A DNA stretch of 20,000 bases, from positions 181,778-201,777 of the forward strand of contig NW_026948111.1 of assembly GCF_963921235.1 (NCBI RefSeq), in the 5' to 3' direction. The position numbers and the translations under genes are program-made. The stretch is from Mobula hypostoma. Its lineage: Eukaryota. Of this stretch, positions 1-8,900 are shown one piece after another (position 1 is the stretch's first letter; every line of letters starts with the position of its first letter). Under the pieces are notes generated by a model. The model ran no database searches, was not told the DNA's origin, and was given only the letters and a program-made list of their open reading frames with translations.

Positions 1-371
1 TATAGATGTGCAGTAGAATGTACCTGACTAGCTGATACGGAAACACCAATGAAAAGCCTACAGAGAGTGGTGCACACACGCCAGTCCATCACAGGTAAAG
101 TCCACCCCGCCATGGAGCACATTTGCAGGGAATGCTGTCACAGGAAAACAGATTCCAGCATCAGAGCCCGCCCACTATCCAGGCCATGCTCTTTTCTCGC
201 CCCTGCCATTAGCAAGGAAGTACTCGGGACCCACACCACCAGGTTCAGGAACAATTACCCCTCGACCATCAGGCTCCTAAATCAGTGGGGATAACGTGAC
301 TCACCCCTATCTCTGAAATGTTCCCAAATCTCACTCCCAACAACACTTCATCTCGTGTTCTCCACATTTAT
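1..371 (+). mobile_element. Rex1/Babar-type non-LTR retrotransposon, degenerate RT C-terminus and start of 3' UTR (segment 1 of 3)
   Basis: 1-18 reads YRCAVE. ORF 49..294 contains KSLQRVV...QSITGK..P.MEHI...C.RK and THTTRFRN.YPSTIRLLN*, matching the Rex1-clade RT C-terminal pattern (YRCxxES...LQRVV..A..I.G..LP....Y..RC..KA...T.R.RNSF.P..IRLLN). The middle is frameshifted. Confidence 0.8.
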
Positions 372-1743
372 AGAAACACAGAAAACCTACAGCACAATAC
401 AGGCCCTTCCGCCCACAAAGCTGTGCTGAACATGTCCCTACCTTAGAAATTACATAGGGTTACCCACAGCCCTATATTTTTCTAAGCTCCATGTAGCCAT
501 CCAGGAGTCTCTTAAAAGACTCTATCGTTTCCGCCTCCACCACCGCTGCCAACAGTCCATTCCACACACTCACCACTCTCTGCGTAAAAAACTTACCCCT
601 GACATCTCCTCTGTACCTACTTCCAAGCACCTTAAAACTGTGCCCTCTTGTGGCAGCCATTTCAGCCCTGGAGAAAAGCCTCTGACTATCCACATGATCA
701 ATGCCTCTCATCATCTTATACACCTCTATCAGGTCACCTCTCATCCTCCGTCGCTCCAAGAAGAAAAGGCTGAGTTCACGCAACCTGTTTTCATAAGGCA
801 TGCTCCCCAGTCCAGGCAACATCCTTGTAAATCTCCTCTACACGCTTTCTATGGCTTCCACATCCTTCCTGTAGGGACCAGAATTGAGCACAGTACTCCA
901 AGTGGGGTCTGACCAGGGTCCTATATAGCTGCAACATTACCTCTCGGCTCCTAAACTCAATCCCACGATTGATGAAGGCCAATACACCGTATGCCTTCTT
1001 AACCACAGAGTCAACCTGCACAGCAGCTTTGAGCGTCCTATGGACACAGACCCCAAGATCCCTCTGATCCTCCACACTGCCAAGAGTCTTACCATTAATA
1101 CTATATTCTGCCATCATATTTGACCTACCAAAATGAACCACTTCACTTATCTGGGTTGAACTCCCTCTGCCACTTCTCAGCCCAGTTTTACATCTTATCA
1201 ATGTCCACTGTAACCTCTGACATCCCTCCACACTATCCACAACACCCCCAACCTTTGTGTCATCAGCAAATTTACTAACCCATCCCTCCACTTCTTCATC
1301 CAGGTCATTTATAAAAATCACGAAGAGTAGGGGTCCCAGAACAGATCTCTGAGGCATTCCGCTGGTGACTGACCTCCATGCAGAATATGACCCGTCTGCA
1401 ACCACTCTTTGCCTTCTGTGGGCAAGCCAGTTCTGGATCCACAAAGCAATGTCCCCTTGGATCCCATGCCTCCTTACTTTCTCAATAAGCCTTGCATGGG
1501 GTACCTTATCAAATGCCTTGCTGAAATCCATATACACTACATCTACTGCTCTTCCTTCATCAATGTGTTTAGTCACGTCCTCAAAAAATTCAATCAGGCT
1601 CGTAAGGCACGACCTGCCTTTGACAAAGCCAATCTGACTATTCCTAATCATATTATACCTCTTCAAATGTTCATAAATCCTGCCTCTCAGGATCTTCTCC
1701 ATCAACTTACCAACCACTGAAATAAGACTCACTGGTGGTCTAT
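370..1743 (-). mobile_element. CR1-clade LINE, 5'-truncated (RT domain of ORF2, 3' UTR, tail)
   Basis: ORFs 791..1732 and 472..822 carry CR1 motifs SQxGFVKGRSCLTSLIEFFE, YMDFSKAFDKVPH, SGxPQxSVLGPLLFVIFINDLD, SKFADDTK, LYRTLVRPHLEYCAQFWS, RRRMRGDLIEVYK, FFTQRVVSVWN. The minus-strand 3' end reads GGGCGGAAGGGCCTGTATTGTGCTGTAGGTTTTCTGTGTTTCTAT. Confidence 0.96.
472..1732 (-). pseudogene. Disrupted CR1 ORF2 reverse transcriptase
   Basis: The frame leaves and rejoins the CR1 pattern between ~1205 and ~1143 (WTLIRCKTGLRSGRGSSTQIS replaces the expected ..W...WQMxFN..KC). A further frameshift near 875 moves the C-terminus into ORF 472..822. No endonuclease domain is present. Confidence 0.92.
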
Positions 1744-1824
1744 TACTTATTTATTATTATTATTTTAGTTTTCTTTGTGTTCACGCTGATTGCCTGCAGG
1801 AAAATGAAACAGGACAGTATATGA
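1741..1824 (+). mobile_element. Rex1/Babar-type LINE 3' UTR remnant (segment 2 of 3) between the two CR1 insertions
   Basis: T-rich TATTACTTATTTATTATTATTATTTT joins cleanly to ...CTCCACATTTAT (ending 371) and, via ...GTATATGA, to TGACATATATGTAC (2834 onward). Assignment is by continuity and recalled UTR character, not by alignment. Confidence 0.6.
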
Positions 1825-2750
1825 TACCGCAAGGCTCGGTGCTGGTACCGCAGCTGTTTACAATATATATTAATGATTTAGATAAAGGGATTCAAAGTAA
1901 CATTGGCAAATTTGCAGATGACACAAAGCTGGGTGGCAGTGTGAAATGTGAGGAGGATGTTATGAGAATACAGGGTGACTTGGACAGGTTGGGTGAGTGG
2001 GCAGATGCATGGCAGATGCAGTTTAATGTGGATAAATGTGAGGTTATCCACTTTGGTGGCAAGAACAGGAAGGTAGATTACTACCTGAATGGTGTCAAGT
2101 GAGGAAAAGGGGAAGTACAATGAGATCTAGGTGTTCTTGTACATCAGTCACTGAAAGCAAGCATGCAAGTACAGCAGGCAGTGAAGAAAGCTAACGGCAT
2201 GCTGGCCTTCATAACAAGGGGAATTAAGTATAAGGGCAAAGAGGTCCTTCTGCAGCTGTACAGGGCCCTGATGAGACCACACCTGGAGTACTGTGTACAA
2301 TTTTGGTCTCTAAATTTGATGAAGGACATTCTTGCTATTCAGGGAGTGCAGCGTAGGTTCACTGGGTTAATTCCAGGGATGGCGGGAATGCCAAATGTTT
2401 AAAGATTGGAGCGACTGGGCTTGTATACACTGGAATTTAGAAGGATGAGAGGGGATCTGATTGAAACATATAAGATTATTAAGGGATTGGACACGCTAGA
2501 GGCAGGAAACATGTTTCTGATGTTGGGGTAGTCCAGAACCAGAGGCCACAGTTTAATAATAAGAGGTAGACAATTTAGAACGGAGTTGAGGAAAAACTTT
2601 TTCACACAGAGGGTTGTAGTTCTGTGGAATGCTCTGCCTCAGAAGGCAGTGGAGGCCAATTCTCTGGATTCTTTCAAAAAAGAGTTAGATAGAGCTCTTA
2701 AAGATAGCGGAGTGAAGGGATATGGGGAGAAAGCAGGAACTGGATACTGA
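1821..2750 (+). pseudogene. CR1 ORF2 RT C-terminal half with four in-frame nonsense codons
   Basis: One frame throughout, with premature stops at 2100-2102 (TGA), 2121-2123 (TGA), 2400-2402 (TAA) and 2529-2531 (TAG). ORFs 1821..2102 and 2163..2402 are pieces of it. Confidence 0.92.
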
Positions 2751-2835
2751 TTGTGGATGATCAGCCATGATCACAGTGAATGGTGGTGCTGGCTCGAAGG
2801 GCTAAATGGCCTACTCCTGCACCTATTGTCTATTG
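1824..2835 (+). mobile_element. CR1-clade LINE, second subfamily, 5'-truncated at the PQGSVLG motif
   Basis: PQGSVL.PQLFTIYINDLD, KFADDTKLGG, WADAWQMQFNVDKCEVIHFG, LYRALMRPHLEYCVQFWS, RRMRGDLIETYK, FFTQRVV.LWNALP; natural stop TGA 2748-2750. The 3' UTR ends GAAGGGCTAAATGGCCTACTCCTGCACCTATTGTCTATTG, a short (CTATTGT)n tail. Confidence 0.96.
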
Positions 2836-2876
2836 ACATATATGTACTTCGATAATACATTGACTTTGAACTTTGA
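2834..2876 (+). mobile_element. Rex1/Babar-type LINE 3' terminus with (ACTTTGA)2 tail (segment 3 of 3)
   Basis: TGACATATATGTACTTCGATAATACATTG followed by ACTTTGA ACTTTGA (2863-2876). Rex1 elements end in short tandem oligonucleotide tails; AATACA precedes the tail as a degenerate AATAAA. Confidence 0.6.
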
Positions 2877-3390
2877 CACTTGTCTGGACTGAAGTGCATC
2901 TGCCATTGTTCAATCTCTGCTAAGGTACGTCCCACAGCCCCCATCTTCACTGTTATGTTGTCAACAAACTTACTTATCAGACTACTCACATTCTCATGCA
3001 CAGCTCCATTCCCGACAGACCAGAGTCAGAAAAGCATGGCATCCCACAGCTAATCCCAGCTCCCACAGCCAAGCCAGTTCGTCAACACAACTCTGAATCA
3101 ATGTAGTTTTATCTCACAGACCACTACACTGCAGGACCCCGTCACGGACCACCCACACTGCGGGACCCCCTCACGGACCACCCACACTGCAGGACCCCCT
3201 CACGGACCACCCACACTGCGGGACCCTCTCACGGACCACCCACACTGCCGGACCCCCTCATGGACCACCCACACTGCGGGACCCCCTCACGGACCACCCA
3301 CACTGTGGGACCCCCTCACGGACCACCCACACTGCGGGACCCTGTCCAAAGCGTTATTCAAGGCCATATTTTAAAAAAAGTCTAATTATC
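2877..3390 (-). mobile_element. Old, heavily deleted CR1 RT relic
   Basis: ORF 2771..3001 begins HENVSSLISKFVDN...EQWQMHFSPDKC (cf. DExVxxxISKFADD...WQMxFNxDKC). The minus strand of ~3330-3368 reads MALNNALDRVPQ (cf. MDFSKAFDKVPH). The motifs are in the right order for one element. Confidence 0.7.
3113..3343. repeat. Minisatellite, 8 x 29 bp (CTCACGGACCACCCACACTGCGGGACCCC)
   Basis: Units start at 3113 (28 bp, diverged), 3141, 3170, 3199, 3228, 3257, 3286 and 3315; units 2-8 each differ from consensus by about one base. Confidence 0.97.
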
Positions 3391-3439
3391 ACTTCCCCAG
3401 TGACCTCTTCGTCATGGAGGGAAGGAATGGGAAATAGAG

Positions 3440-3530
3440 AAGTGGTGGAGGGAACCAAACCAGAGTCAGAGCAGGCAAATGAAGGGAAAGACTGTTTCCA
3501 CGCAGGGCGTGGTTGGTGTATGCAACACAC
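3440..3530 (+). mobile_element. Possible very degenerate CR1 ORF2 C-terminal fragment
   Basis: ORF 3479 starts MKGKTVSTQGVVGVCN, resembling CR1 RGKFFTQRVVxVWN. The match is short. Confidence 0.4.
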
Positions 3531-3898
3531 ACAAGAAATCCAAGTGTACAACACACAGGATCCAGAGCAAACTAATCAACATCATTCACTGGAAACAGGA
3601 GCAAACAGACAGCACTAGGCACTGGAAACAGGAGTGCACAATTCGAGCGTGGAATGCAGCATTCAGAGGAAGCTGGGTGGGAAGTTGTGTGGCTTTGTGG
3701 ACTGGAATTGTTACGTTGTTCCTGACGATCTCTGAGTGAGCTGGGTGGGAGTAACCATGATACACAAAGAGTGAAACACTGCATTAATCAGCCGTGGGCA
3801 TTAGGACCCTGCGGTGAAGCTGCACACCGACACAGACAACCCAATCCTGCAGCAACCGCAGCAGCAGACACAGTCTCCATGCCAACGGAAAACCCGGA

Positions 3899-3960
3899 TC
3901 ACTGGTACCGACCGGACATGTCAGGCGGACGGAGCACCGGGACAGTGAGCTGCCGAAAGG
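3899..3960 (-). CDS. Candidate terminal coding exon of an unidentified host gene (phase 1: xFRQLTVPVLRPPDMSGRYQ*)
   Basis: Unique CpG-rich sequence immediately after a canonical minus-strand acceptor (AG = plus-strand CT 3961-3962): 2 nt plus 19 codons, then TGA at 3901-3899. Peptide not recognised; the frame choice is a judgement. Confidence 0.4.
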
Positions 3961-3985
3961 CTGGGGGAGACAGGGAATGTCAGTG
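3961..3985 (-). promoter_or_regulatory. Candidate 3' splice site: branch point CACTGAC, pyrimidine tract, CAG
   Basis: Minus strand CACTGAC-ATTCCCTGTCTCCCC-CAG|CCTTT. The branch A at 3980 is 20 nt upstream of the exon start. No other minus-strand AG occurs until 4036-4037. Confidence 0.5.
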
Positions 3986-5960
3986 GGATGGGGGAGACAG
4001 GGAATGTCAGTGGGATGGGGGAGGACAGGGAATATCTGTAGGATGGGGGGTGGGCGACAGGGAATGCAGGTGGGATGGAGATGACAGGGAATGTCAGTGG
4101 GATGGAGATGACAGGGAAGGTCAGTGGGATGGGGAAGGAGACTGGCAATGTCAGTGGGATGGGGAGACAGGGAATGACAGTGGGATGGGGAGACAGGGAA
4201 TGACAGTGGGATGGGGGAGACTGGGAATGTCAGTGGGATGGAGATGACAGGGAAGGTCAGTGGGATGGGGACGGAGACGGACAATGTCAGTGGAATGGGG
4301 AAGGAGACAATGTCAGTGGGATGGGGAGACAGGGAATGACAGTGGGATGGGGAGCGAGGGATGTCAGTGGGATGGAGATGACAGGGAATGACAGTGGGAT
4401 GGGGGAGACGGAATGACAGTGGGATGGGGGAGACAGGGAATGACAGTGGGATGGAGATGACAGGGAATGTGCGTGGGATGGAGATGACAGGGAATGTCAG
4501 TGGGATGGGGAGACACGGAAGGTCAGTGAATGGAGGGGTGGGCGACAGGGAATGTCAGTGGGATGGGGGGAGACAGGGAATGTCAGTGGGATGGGGGAGG
4601 ACAGGGAATGTCAGTGGGATGGGGGAGGACAGGGAATGTCAGTGGGATGGGGGGAGACAGGGAATGTCAGTGGGATGGGGGGAGACAGGGAATGTCAGTG
4701 GGATGGGGGGAGAGACGGAAATGTCAGTGGGATGGGGGGAGAGACGGAAATGTCAGTGGGATGGGGAGGACAGGGAATATCTGTAGGATGGGGGGTGGGC
4801 GACAGGGAATGCAGGTGGGATGGAGATGACAGGGAATGTCAGTGGGATGGAGATGACAGGGAAGGTCAGTGGGATGGGGAAGGAGACTGGCAATGTCAGT
4901 GGGATGGGGAGACAGGGAATGACAGTGGGATGGGGAGACAGGGAATGACAGTGGGATGGGGGAGACCGGGAATGTCAGTGGGATGGGGGAGACTGGGAAT
5001 GTCAGTGGGATGGAGATGACAGGGAAGGTCAGTGGGATGGGGACGGAGACGGACAATGTCAGTGGAATGGGGAAGGAGACAATGTCAGTGGGATGGGGAG
5101 ACAGGGAATGACAGTGGGATGGGGAGCGAGGGATGTCAGTGGGATGGAGATGACAGGGAATGACAGTGGGATGGGGGAGACGGAATGACAGTGGGATGGG
5201 GGAGACAGGGAATGACAGTGGTATGGAGATGACAGGGAATGTGCGTGGGATGGAGATGACAGGGAATGTCAGTGGGATGGGGAGACACGGAAGGTCAGTG
5301 AATGGAGGGGTGGGCGACAGGGAATGTCAGTGGGATTGGAGGAGACAGGGAAGGTCAGTGGGATGGAGATGACAGGGAATGTCAGTGGGATGGAGATGAC
5401 AGGGAAGGTCAGTGGGATGGGGAAGGAGACGGGCTATGTCAGTGGGATGGGGAAGGAGACGGGCAATGTCAGTGGGATGGGGAGACAGGGAATGTCAGTG
5501 GGATGAGGAGACGGAATGACAGTGGGATGGGGAGGGAGTCAGCGATTGTCAGTGAGATGGGAGACGGGGAATGTCAGTGGGATGGGAGACCGGGAATGTC
5601 AGTGGGATGGGGGAAGGTAGGGAATGACAGTGGGATGGGGGAAGGTGGGGAATGACAGTGGGATGGGGGAGACAGGGAACGAAAGTGGGATGGAGAAGGA
5701 GGGATGACAGTGGGATGGCAAGGGTGAGGGGGAATGTCGGTGGGGTAAGGAGGGAGATGGGGAATGTCGGTGGGATGGGGAGGGAGACGGGGAATGCCGC
5801 TGGGATGGGAAGGGAGAAGGGGAATGCAGGTGGGATAGGGAGGGAGACGGGGAACGTGGGTGGGATGGGGTGGGAGACTGGGAAGGCGGGCGGGATGGGG
5901 AGGGAAACAGGGAACGTCAGTGGGATGGGGAGGGTGGGGGAATGTCAGTGCGATGGGGAG
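3963..5960. repeat. G-rich minisatellite, 25-30-bp unit (GGGAATGTCAGTGGGATGGGGGAGACA), roughly 70 copies
   Basis: The core ATG(T/A)CAGTGGGATGG recurs every ~25-30 bp with variable G-run length. Units become more diverged 30-mers over ~5700-5960. Confidence 0.97.
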
Positions 5961-5964
5961 GCAT

Positions 5965-8900
5965 AGGGTGGGTTTCATAGAGACTGATGTTGGAAGGATG
6001 GTGAGGGAGGAATTGAGGTGACGGGATTGGGAGGGTTTGATAGAAACTGATGTCGGAAGGATGGTGAGGGAGGGATTGAGGTGACGGGTTTAAGAGGGTT
6101 TAATAGAGACTGATGTCGGAAGGATGGTGAGGGAGAGATTGAGGTGACGGGTTTGGAGGGTTTCATAGAGACTGATGTCGGAGGATGGTGAGGGAGGGAT
6201 TGAGGTGATGGGTTTGGGAGGGTTTGATAGAGACTGATGTCGGAAGGATGGGGTGTGAGGGATTGAGGTGACGGGTTTGGGAGGGTTTGATAGAGACTAA
6301 TTTCGGAAGGATGGTGAGGGAGGGATTGAGGTGACGGGTTTGGGAGGGTTTAATAGAGACTAATGTCGGAAGGATGGTGAGGGATTGAGGTGACGGGTTT
6401 GGGAGGGTTTGATAGAGACTGATGTCGGAAGGATGGTGAGGGATTGAGGTGACGGGTTTGGGAGGGTTTGATAGAGACTGATGTCAGAAGGATGGTAAGG
6501 GAGGGATTGAGGTGACGGGTTTGGGAGGGTTTGACAGAGATTTATGTCGGAAGGATGGTGAGGGAGGGATTGAGGTGACGGGTTTGGGTGGGTTTGATAG
6601 AGACTGAGTAGGAAGGATGGTGAGGGAGGGATTCAGGTGACGGGTTTGGGAGGATTTGATAGATAGAGACTGATGTCGGAAGGATGGGGAGGGAGGGATT
6701 GAGGTGACAGGTATGGGTGGGTTTGATAGTGACTGATGTCGGAAGGATGGGGTGGGAGGGATTGAGATGACAGGTTTGGGAGGGTTTGATAGAGACTGAT
6801 GTCGGAAGGATGGGGTGTGTGGGGTTCGGGTGACACGTTTGGGAGGGTTTGACAGAGACTGATGTTGGAAGCATGGGGAGGGAGGGATATAGGTGACGGG
6901 TTTGGGAGGGTTTGAAAGAGACTGATGTCGGAAGGATGATGAGGGAGGGATTGAGATGACGGGTTTGGGAGGGTTTAATAGAGACTGATGTTGGGAGGAT
7001 GCTGAGGGTGGGATTGAGGTGACGGGTTTGGGAGGGTTTGATGGAGACTGTTGTCGGAAGGATGGTGAGGAAGGGATTGAGGTGACGAGTTTGGCAGGGT
7101 TTGATAGAGACTGATGTCGGAAGAATGGTGAGGGAGGGATTGAGGTGACGGGTTTGGGTGGGTTTGATTGAGTCTGCTGTCGGAAGGATGGGGTGGGAGG
7201 GATTGTGGTGACGGGTTTGGGAGGGTTTCATAGAGACTGATGTCAGAAGGATGGTGAGGGAGGGATTGAGGTGACGGGTTTGTGAGGGTTTGATAGAGAC
7301 TGTTGTCGGAAGGATGGTTAGGGAGGGACTGAGGTGTCGGGTTTGGCAGGGTTTGATAGAGACTGATGTTGGCAGGATGGTGAGGGAGGGATTGAGGTGA
7401 TGGGTTTGGGAGGGTTTGATAGAGACTGATGTCGGAAGGATGGGGAGGGAGGGATTGAGATGACGGGTTTGGGAGGGTTTGATGGAGACTGATGTCGGGA
7501 GGATGGTGAGGGAGGGATTGAGGTGACAGGTTTGGGAGGGTTTGATGAAGACTGATGTCGGAAGGATGGGGTGGGAGGGATTAAGTCATGGGTTTCGCAG
7601 GGTTGATAGAGACTGATGTCGGTAGGATGGTGAGGGTGGGATTGAGGTGACGGGTTTGGGAGGGTTTGAGGGAGACTGATGTCCGAAGGATGGTGAAGGA
7701 GGGATTGAGGTGACGGGTTTGGGAGGGTTTGACAGAGACTGATGTCGGAAAGATGGTGAGTGAGGGATTGAGGTGACGGGATTGGGAGGGTTTGATAGAG
7801 ACTGATGTCGGAAGGATGGTGAGGGAGGGATTGAGGTGACGGGTTTGGGAGGGTTTCATTGAGACTGCTGTCAAAAGGATGGTGAGGGAGGGATTGAGGT
7901 GACGGGTTTGGGAGGGTTTGCTAGAGTCTGATGTCAAAAGGATGGTGAGGGAGGGACTGAGGTGACGGGTTTGGGTGGGTTTGATAGAGACTGATGTCGG
8001 AAGGATGGTGAGGGAGGTATTGAGGTGACGGGTTTGGGTGGGTTTGATAGAGACTGATGTCAGAAGGATGGTGAGGGAGGGATTCAGGTGACGGGTTAGG
8101 GAGGGTTTGACAGAGACTGATGTCGGAAGGATGGTGAGGGAGGGATTGAGGTGACGGGATTGGGAGGGTTTGATAGAGACTGATGTCGGCAGGATGGTGA
8201 GGGAGAGATTGAGGTGACGGGTTTGGGTGGGTTTGATAGAGACTGATGTCGGCAGGATGGTGAGGGAGAGATTGAGCTGACGGGTTTGGGAGGGTTTCAT
8301 AGAGACTGATGTCGGAAGGATGCGGAGGGAGGGATTGAGGTGACGGGTTTGGGTGGGTTTGATAGAGACTGATGTCGGCAGGATGGTGAGGGAGAGATTG
8401 AGCTGACGGGTTTGGGAGGGTTTCATAGAGACTGATGTCGGCAGGATGGTGAGGGAGGGATTGAGGTGACGGGTTTGGGTGGGTTTCATAGAGACTGACG
8501 TCAGAAGGATGCTGAGGGAGGGATTGAGGTGATGGGTTTAGGAGGGTTTGATAGAGACTGATGTCGGAAGGATGGTGAGGGAGGGATTCAGGTGACGGGT
8601 TAGGGAGGGTTTGACAGAGACTGATGTCGGAAGGATGGTGAGGCAGGGATTGTGGTGACGGGTTTGGGTGGGTTTGATAGAGACTGATGTCAGAAGGATG
8701 GGTGTGAGGGATTGAGGTGACGCGCTTGGAAGGGTTTGATAGAGACTGATGTCGGAAGGAAAGTGAGGGATTGAGGTGACGGGTTTGGGTGGGTTTGATA
8801 GAGACTGATGTCGGAAGGATGCTGAGGGAGGGATTGAGGTGATGGGTTTGGGTGGGTTTGATAGAGACTGATGTCGGAAGGATGCGGAGGGAGGGACTGA

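Noticed and set aside
640..2605. Short ORFs antisense to the CR1 copies (640..912, 1365..1637, 1409..1720, 1878..2120, 2144..2329, 2399..2605)
   Set aside because: Shadow frames of LINE ORF2 with no independent coding evidence.
472..2750. RT ORFs as an active element or a prokaryotic RT system (retron, DGR, RT plus repeat array)
   Set aside because: The motifs are specifically CR1 (FADD, RPHLEYC). Both copies are 5'-truncated and disrupted, and nothing links them to the arrays except proximity.
3019..3470. 12-bp direct repeat ACCAGAGTCAGA (3019-3030, 3459-3470) as a target-site duplication
   Set aside because: The CR1 relic appears to run colinearly across the left copy, and the enclosed DNA has no element termini; probably chance.
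3587..3634. 15-bp direct repeat CACTGGAAACAGGAG (3587-3601, 3620-3634)
   Set aside because: Only two copies; a local micro-duplication with no supportable function.
3771..5978. GDRECQWDG / GMSVGWG / TGNVSGMG repeat proteins and their antisense ORFs
   Set aside because: These are translations of the minisatellite; variable G-run lengths shift the frame constantly.
8093..8101. GGGTTAGGG and GGGTTT as telomeric repeat
   Set aside because: Isolated single-base variants of the satellite's GGGTTTGGG; no tandem (TTAGGG)n is present.
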